NCBI GenBank assembly: GCA_964016885.1
Contig: OZ024743.1
Location: forward strand, 74,524,001 to 74,588,000
Direction of reading: 5' to 3'
DNA from: Eledone cirrhosa
Taxonomy: Eukaryota
Length of the DNA stretch: 64,000 bases
Part shown: positions 59,385-64,000 of the stretch, piece by piece
Layout of the letters: each line of letters begins with the position of its first letter
Position numbering within the stretch: position 1 is the stretch's first letter
Notes under the pieces: model-generated
What the model saw: only the letters and a program-made list of their open reading frames with translations
What the model was told of the DNA's origin: nothing
The model's database searches: none
Translations under genes and position numbers: made by a program

Positions 59385-59598
59385 TTTAATTTTTATTTTT
59401 ATTTTTATTTTTATTTTTATTTTTATTTTTATTTTCATTTTCATTTTCATTATTTTTATTTTTATTTTTATTTTTATTTTTATTTTTATTTTTATTTTTA
59501 TTTTTATTTTTATTTTTATTTTTATTTTTATTTTTATTTTTATTTTTATTTTTATTTTTATTTTTATTTTTATTTTTATTTTTATTTTTATTTTTATC
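59385..59598. repeat. (TTTTTA)n hexanucleotide repeat
   Basis: Direct reading. Confidence 0.95.
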
Positions 59599-59731
59599 TT
59601 GAATTTGAATTGCTGTACAAAAATAGTATAGTGTAATATATGTCACTCCACTGTACATCAATATATATATATGTATCTGTATGTCTCTTGCGTCGGAAAG
59701 GAGGTCAATTATATGTGCAAACATTGAAAAA

Positions 59732-59778
59732 TGCTCTGAAGACCTGAAGCCTAGGTTTGGCTGAAACAATTGTAAGTG
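59732..59778 (+). ncRNA. Type I hammerhead ribozyme (512 family)
   Basis: tgct-ctgaaga-...gcc taggttt ggc-t-gaaa-caattg-ta-agtg; inverted partner at about 58951-59025. Confidence 0.7.
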
Positions 59779-59813
59779 AATAAATGCTTTGAACATAGCT
59801 TTGATTCTTGTGA

Positions 59814-59872
<59 letters not shown>

Positions 59873-60129
59873 GGTGTTGGATGCTTAAAGCGTCCGTATG
59901 TGACATGCCGTTTGAGCAGTTGATGCTCTCATAGAGCAGAGTATGATATCACAGAAAAAAAGAGAATCAGTGTTTCGGCGAATGGAATTTATTGGACATA
60001 TTACAATCGTTTCTCTGGCGACCAGCTCGAAGTACGATCGATGTGATGATAGAACCTGACTCTGAAAATCGCAAGGTCCTCAGATACGTCTTGATTCTAC
60101 GAAGCAGATTTTCCTAAATTAATAAATCT

Positions 60130-60287
60130 GTTGCTCAGAGATTGGGATTGGCTCAGTGCACAGTCTTTCCTCACTTAAAAAATATATCTTCACGCACAGG
60201 AATTGCACGATAGCAGTAATTGATAATTATTAATAATGTTATATCGTGCAATAGCCATACTCGATAACGAGGGGAGCAGCCATCATG
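60130..60287 (+). mobile_element. Short bipartite RTE derivative (5'UTR segment joined to the 3' terminus)
   Basis: 60133-60238 matches the reverse complement of 24783-24882; 60245-60287 matches the reverse complement of 20768-20811. Confidence 0.8.
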
Positions 60288-60400
<113 letters not shown>

Positions 60401-60543
60401 GGTAAACAGAAATAACAACACAATCGGTACAGTATATGGAAGGGATATATTAGGTGTGTGTGTGTGTGTGTATTTACATATGAGATTTTTACTAGTTATA
60501 AATATATATATTAGGTTAATGCTTGATATAGCAGGAAGAGAGG

Positions 60544-60579
60544 TCTTAACGTTTCGGACGCTAGTCCTCCATCAGAAGA
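60544..60579 (-). ncRNA. Minimal hammerhead-like motif (A9G variant)
   Basis: tctt-ctgatgg-a-ggac tagc gtcc-gaaa-cg-tt-aaga; decayed relative near 53570. Confidence 0.55.
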
Positions 60580-61435
60580 AAGAATCGAGGACACAACACG
60601 TTCCTGTTAGTTGAACACATGACCTTACGATCGTCAGCTAAACATCATAACCAATACGCCAGACGCCTTAGCATCAACTATACCACTGTAACAATAAACA
60701 GCCCACTCACGTAAAAGGATCTCAATCGGTAATTACAAAGCTACCCTTTGGAATACCTTAATATTTCTTTCTATTCTCTGATTCAGCCCTCATAAAAAAC
60801 CTCAATAAGGATAAAGATTTCTAAAGGAAATTCTCTTGGGTTAAAGTATATCTCTTTTGTTAATAAGACGTATAACCAGTTAATATATCTTGACACTAAA
60901 ATGTGTAATGTAATTCTATCTAATGTTATCTATTTGTCGTTAAACTTGACAGATATATTGCAGTAGTTATTTATGTTTTTCACACTGCATAATATTTGAT
61001 TTATTACGTTTTAAAAGTTTTAATACTTCCCAATGCGAAACACAATATATGTCCAATGATTATGACATGTTATTAATATTGTCTAATTTATGTTAGACTG
61101 TATGATTCTGTGTAATATAAATTCAACTGCATCCCGACTTTTATTTCCTATTACTTCAACCATCATATAAGTTGTATTTCATATTATGTAATATATGTCG
61201 TACTAACAGTTTATGATGTCACGTAATCCAGTGAGTCACGTTGAGGATATAGTTAAATACTTCGTATTTATAAGGTCATTATATTGCGCATGTATTTAAG
61301 CAGATCTTTATTCTCCTACACTGTCCATTTAAATGCACTGCTTTTGTTGTTATTGATTAACCGTGTGAATGCCCTGATCAAACACATCTATATATGGCCA
61401 TAGGTAATACAGTATCTATCGATAAACTATAAAAA

Positions 61436-64000
61436 CCACAACACCTATCTGTAGCCATATATATCAGAACACCTATCTGTAGCCATAGATACCACAGCAC
61501 CTATTTGTGACCATAGACACCACAACACCTATCTGTGACCATAGACACCACAACACCTATCTGTGACCATAGACACCAAAACACCTATCTGTGACCATAG
61601 ACACCACAACACCTATCTGTGACCATAGACACCACAACACCTATCTGTGACCATAGACACCACAACACCTATCTGTGACCATAGACACCACAACACCTAT
61701 CTGTAGCCATAGACACCACAACACCTATCTCTAGCCATAGACACCACAACACCTATCTGTGACCATAGACACCACAACACCTATCTGTGACCATAGATAC
61801 CACAACACCTATCTGTGACCATAGACACCACAACACCTATCTGTGACCATAGACACCACAACACCTATCTGTAGCCATAGACACCACAACACCTATCTGT
61901 AGCCATAGACACCACAACACCTATCTGTAGCCATAGACACCACAACACCTATCTGTAGCCATAGACACCACAACACCTATCTGTGACCATAGATACCACA
62001 ACACCTATCTGTAGCCATAGACACCACAACACCTATCTGTGACCATAGACACCACAACACCTATCTGTGACCATAGACACCACAACACCTATCTGTAGCC
62101 ATAGACACCACAACACCTATCTGTGACCATAGACACCACAACACCTATCTGTGACCATAGACACCACAACACCTATCTGTAGCCATAGACACCACAACAC
62201 CTATCTGTAGCCATAGACACCACAACACCTATCTGTGACCATAGACACCACAACACCTATCTGTAGCCATAGACACCACAACACCTATCTGTAGCCATAG
62301 ACACCACAACACCTATCTGTAGCCATAGACACCACAACACCTATCTGTAGCCATAGACACCACAACACCTATCTGTGACCATAGACACCACAACACCTAT
62401 CTGTGACCATAGACACCACAACACCTATCTGTAGCCATAGACACCACAACACCTATCTGTGACCATAGACACCACAACACCTATCTGTAGCCATAGACAC
62501 CACAACACCTATCTGTAGCCATAGACACCACAACACCTATCTGTAGCCATAGACACCACAACACCTATCTGTAGCCATAGACACCACAACACCTATCTGT
62601 AGCCATAGACACCACAACACCTATATGTAGCCATAGACACCACAACACCTATCTGTAGCCATAGACACCACAACACCTATCTGTAGCCATAGACACCACA
62701 ACACCTATCTGTGACCATAGATACCACAACACCTATCTGTGACCATAGACACCACAACACCTATCTGTGACCATAGACACCACAACACCTATCTGTAGCC
62801 ATAGACACCACAACACCTATATGTAGCCATAGACACCACAACACCTATCTGTAGCCATAGACACCACAACACCTATCTGTGAACATAGACACCACAACAC
62901 CTATCTGTAGTCATAGACACCACAACACCTATATGTAGCCATAGACACCACAACACCTATCTGTGACCATAGAACCCACAACACCTATCTGTAGCCATAG
63001 ACACCACAACACCTATCTGTGACCATAGACATCACAACACCTATCTGTAGCCATAGACACCACAACACCTATCTGTGACCATAGACACCACAACACCTAT
63101 CTGTGACCATAGACACCACAACACCTATCTGTGACCATAGAACCCACAACACCTATCTGTAGCCATAGACACCACAACACCTATCTGTGACCATAGACAT
63201 CACAACACCTATCTGTAGCCATAGACACCACAACACCTATCTGTAGCCATAGACACCACAACACCTATCTGTAGCCATAGACACCACAACACCTATGTGT
63301 GACCGTAGACACCACAAAACCTATCTGTAGCCATAGACACCACAACACCTATCTGTGACCATAGACACCACAACACTTATCTGTGACCATAGACACCACA
63401 ACACCTATCTGTAGCCATAGACACCACAACACCTATCTGTAGCCATAGACACCACAACACCTATCTGTGACCATAGACACCACAACACCTATCTGTAGCA
63501 ATAGACACCACAACACCTATCTGTGACCATAGACACCACAACACCTATCTGTAGCCATAGACACCACAACACCTATCTGTAGCCATAGACACCACAACAC
63601 CTATCTGTAGCCATAGACACCACAACACCTATCTGTGACCATAGACACCACAACACCTATCTGTAGCCATAGACACCACAACACCTATCTGTAGCCATAG
63701 ACACCACAACACCTATCTGTAGCCATAGACACCACAACACCTATCTGTAGCCATAGACACCACAACACCTATCTGTAGCCATAGACACCACAACACCTAT
63801 CTGTGACCATAGACACCACAACACCTATCTGTAGCCATAGACACCACAACACCTATCTGTAGCCATAGACACCACAACACCTATCTGTAGCCATAGACAC
63901 CACAACACCTATCTGTAGCCATAGACACCACAACACCTATCTGTAGCCATAGACACCACAACACCTATCTGTGACCATAGACACCACAACACCTATCTGT
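61436..64000. repeat. 28-bp tandem minisatellite, about 91 units, extending beyond the window
   Basis: Unit acacctatctgt[ag|ga]ccatagacaccaca; first units degenerate. Confidence 0.97.

Noticed and set aside
61436-64000. CRISPR array or repetitive protein gene
   Set aside because: Units are contiguous with no unique spacers and no cas genes are present; the 28-bp period shifts frame and brings stops on both strands

Overview
An AT-rich, microsatellite-dense animal genomic window with no recognisable host protein-coding exon. The SINE family and the repeat landscape suggest a cephalopod, probably Octopus-like (inference). It is almost entirely transposon-derived. It holds four Penelope-like retroelement (PLE) copies or fragments, three of them of the Naiad type; a nearly intact RTE LINE ending in three C2H2 zinc fingers; stacked Tx1/L1 LINEs; and an R4/Dong fragment. 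It also holds a complete non-autonomous LTR element (LTRs, TSD, PBS, PPT), a hATm-like DNA transposon carrying an expanded minisatellite, a Helitron 3' end, a MITE, and about a dozen tRNA-derived SINEs. A 28-bp two-state tandem array runs off the right end. The most striking unannotated signal is a dense population of type-I hammerhead ribozyme motifs (roughly 18 candidates in several sequence families, folded by eye). Many lie in short ORF-less inverted repeats embedded in (TA)n tracts. Most ORFs in the supplied track are microsatellite artefacts. All coordinates were read by eye and ends are approximate.
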